A stretch of 63,203 nt of DNA, the filler included, from Pelomyxa schiedti (lineage: Eukaryota > Protista > Evosea): NCBI GenBank assembly GCA_020536535.1. It is 12 parts of 12 records of this genome, joined end to end, with 100 filler letters (N's around TTAATTAATTAA, not from the genome) between each part and the next. Parts side by side here need not be neighbours in the genome. Positions count along the whole stretch, not along the records: positions 62,149 to 63,203 come from JAHLWZ010002919.1; 11 more parts are not named here. One strand, 5' to 3'. The translations under genes and the position numbers were made by a program. The notes beneath the pieces are model-generated. The model searched no databases, had not been told where the DNA came from, and worked only from the letters and a program-made list of their open reading frames with translations. Of this stretch, positions 62,954-63,203 are shown in pieces. Positions within the stretch are counted from its first letter, which is position 1; each line of letters opens with the position of its first letter.

Positions 62954-63203
62954 ATGTGGGGGTGGTTGGCCAGCTCACAAAAAAAAGAAACAACAACACC
63001 CACAGCTGATGCACCAACGGCGACAAGCAAAACACCAACGCCAACAAACAAAGTAGTGGGCTACAATGGCGACATGAAGGATGGCGTGAAGCACGGCCGA
63101 GGGTTCATGAGGGGAGCCGACGGCGGCGACACCTACGAGGGCGACTGGCACAAGAACAAGTGCGACGGGTGGGGTGTGTACCGCTGGGCAAACGGCAATT
63201 GGT
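62954..63203 (+). CDS. MORN-repeat protein, 5' part
   Basis: YNGDMKDGVKHGRG and YEGDWHKNKCDGWGVY, in frame with the ATG at 62954 (MWGW...). Confidence 0.88.
   Translation, partial: MWGWLASSQKKETTTPTADAPTATSKTPTPTNKVVGYNGDMKDGVKHGRGFMRGADGGDTYEGDWHKNKCDGWGVYRWANGNW

Noticed and set aside
1-63203. tRNA/rRNA genes, an alternative genetic code, or cross-contig gene clusters
   Set aside because: No RNA genes were recognised, long ORFs translate normally with the standard code, and adjacency across linkers is meaningless.

Overview
Eukaryotic, intron-rich protist DNA, not a contiguous locus. About 12 short contigs or scaffolds are concatenated with 100-nt N-TTAATTAATTAA-N linkers, plus five plain 100-N scaffold gaps. 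Introns are short (about 40-150 nt) and include GC-AG examples. The style resembles an amoebozoan or archamoeba (e.g. Pelomyxa-like), but that is a tentative impression. Recognisable genes: F-box/LRR protein, KCTD-type BTB protein, ankyrin-Zn-finger-UBL-kinase, presenilin and exportin-7 fragments, geranylgeranyl-reductase-family oxidoreductase, SNX-BAR sorting nexin, ADF/cofilin, syntaxin-5, Med22, a zf-4CXXC_R1 (CDCA7-like) protein, a paxillin-like LD/LIM protein, a cupin and a MORN protein. Mobile DNA: a Ty3/gypsy chromovirus (204-bp LTR, PPT, tRNA-Ala PBS, gag, RT-RH-IN-chromo; three partial copies), a non-autonomous TIR element and a probable decayed hAT transposase. The most notable signals are three. 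(1) About 10 members of an intronless, highly divergent gene family with an N-terminal 'QFxA..RCGxxSPA..L..W' module and a beta-rich 'FWDCNNxxKPLR' C-terminal domain. (2) An F-box gene whose exon 1 lies on the opposite strand to its in-frame exons 2-3. (3) Head-to-head internally deleted presenilin and exportin-7 fragments. Exact 121-bp duplications at five contig or gap edges show that several apparent tandem structures are assembly-graph artefacts.
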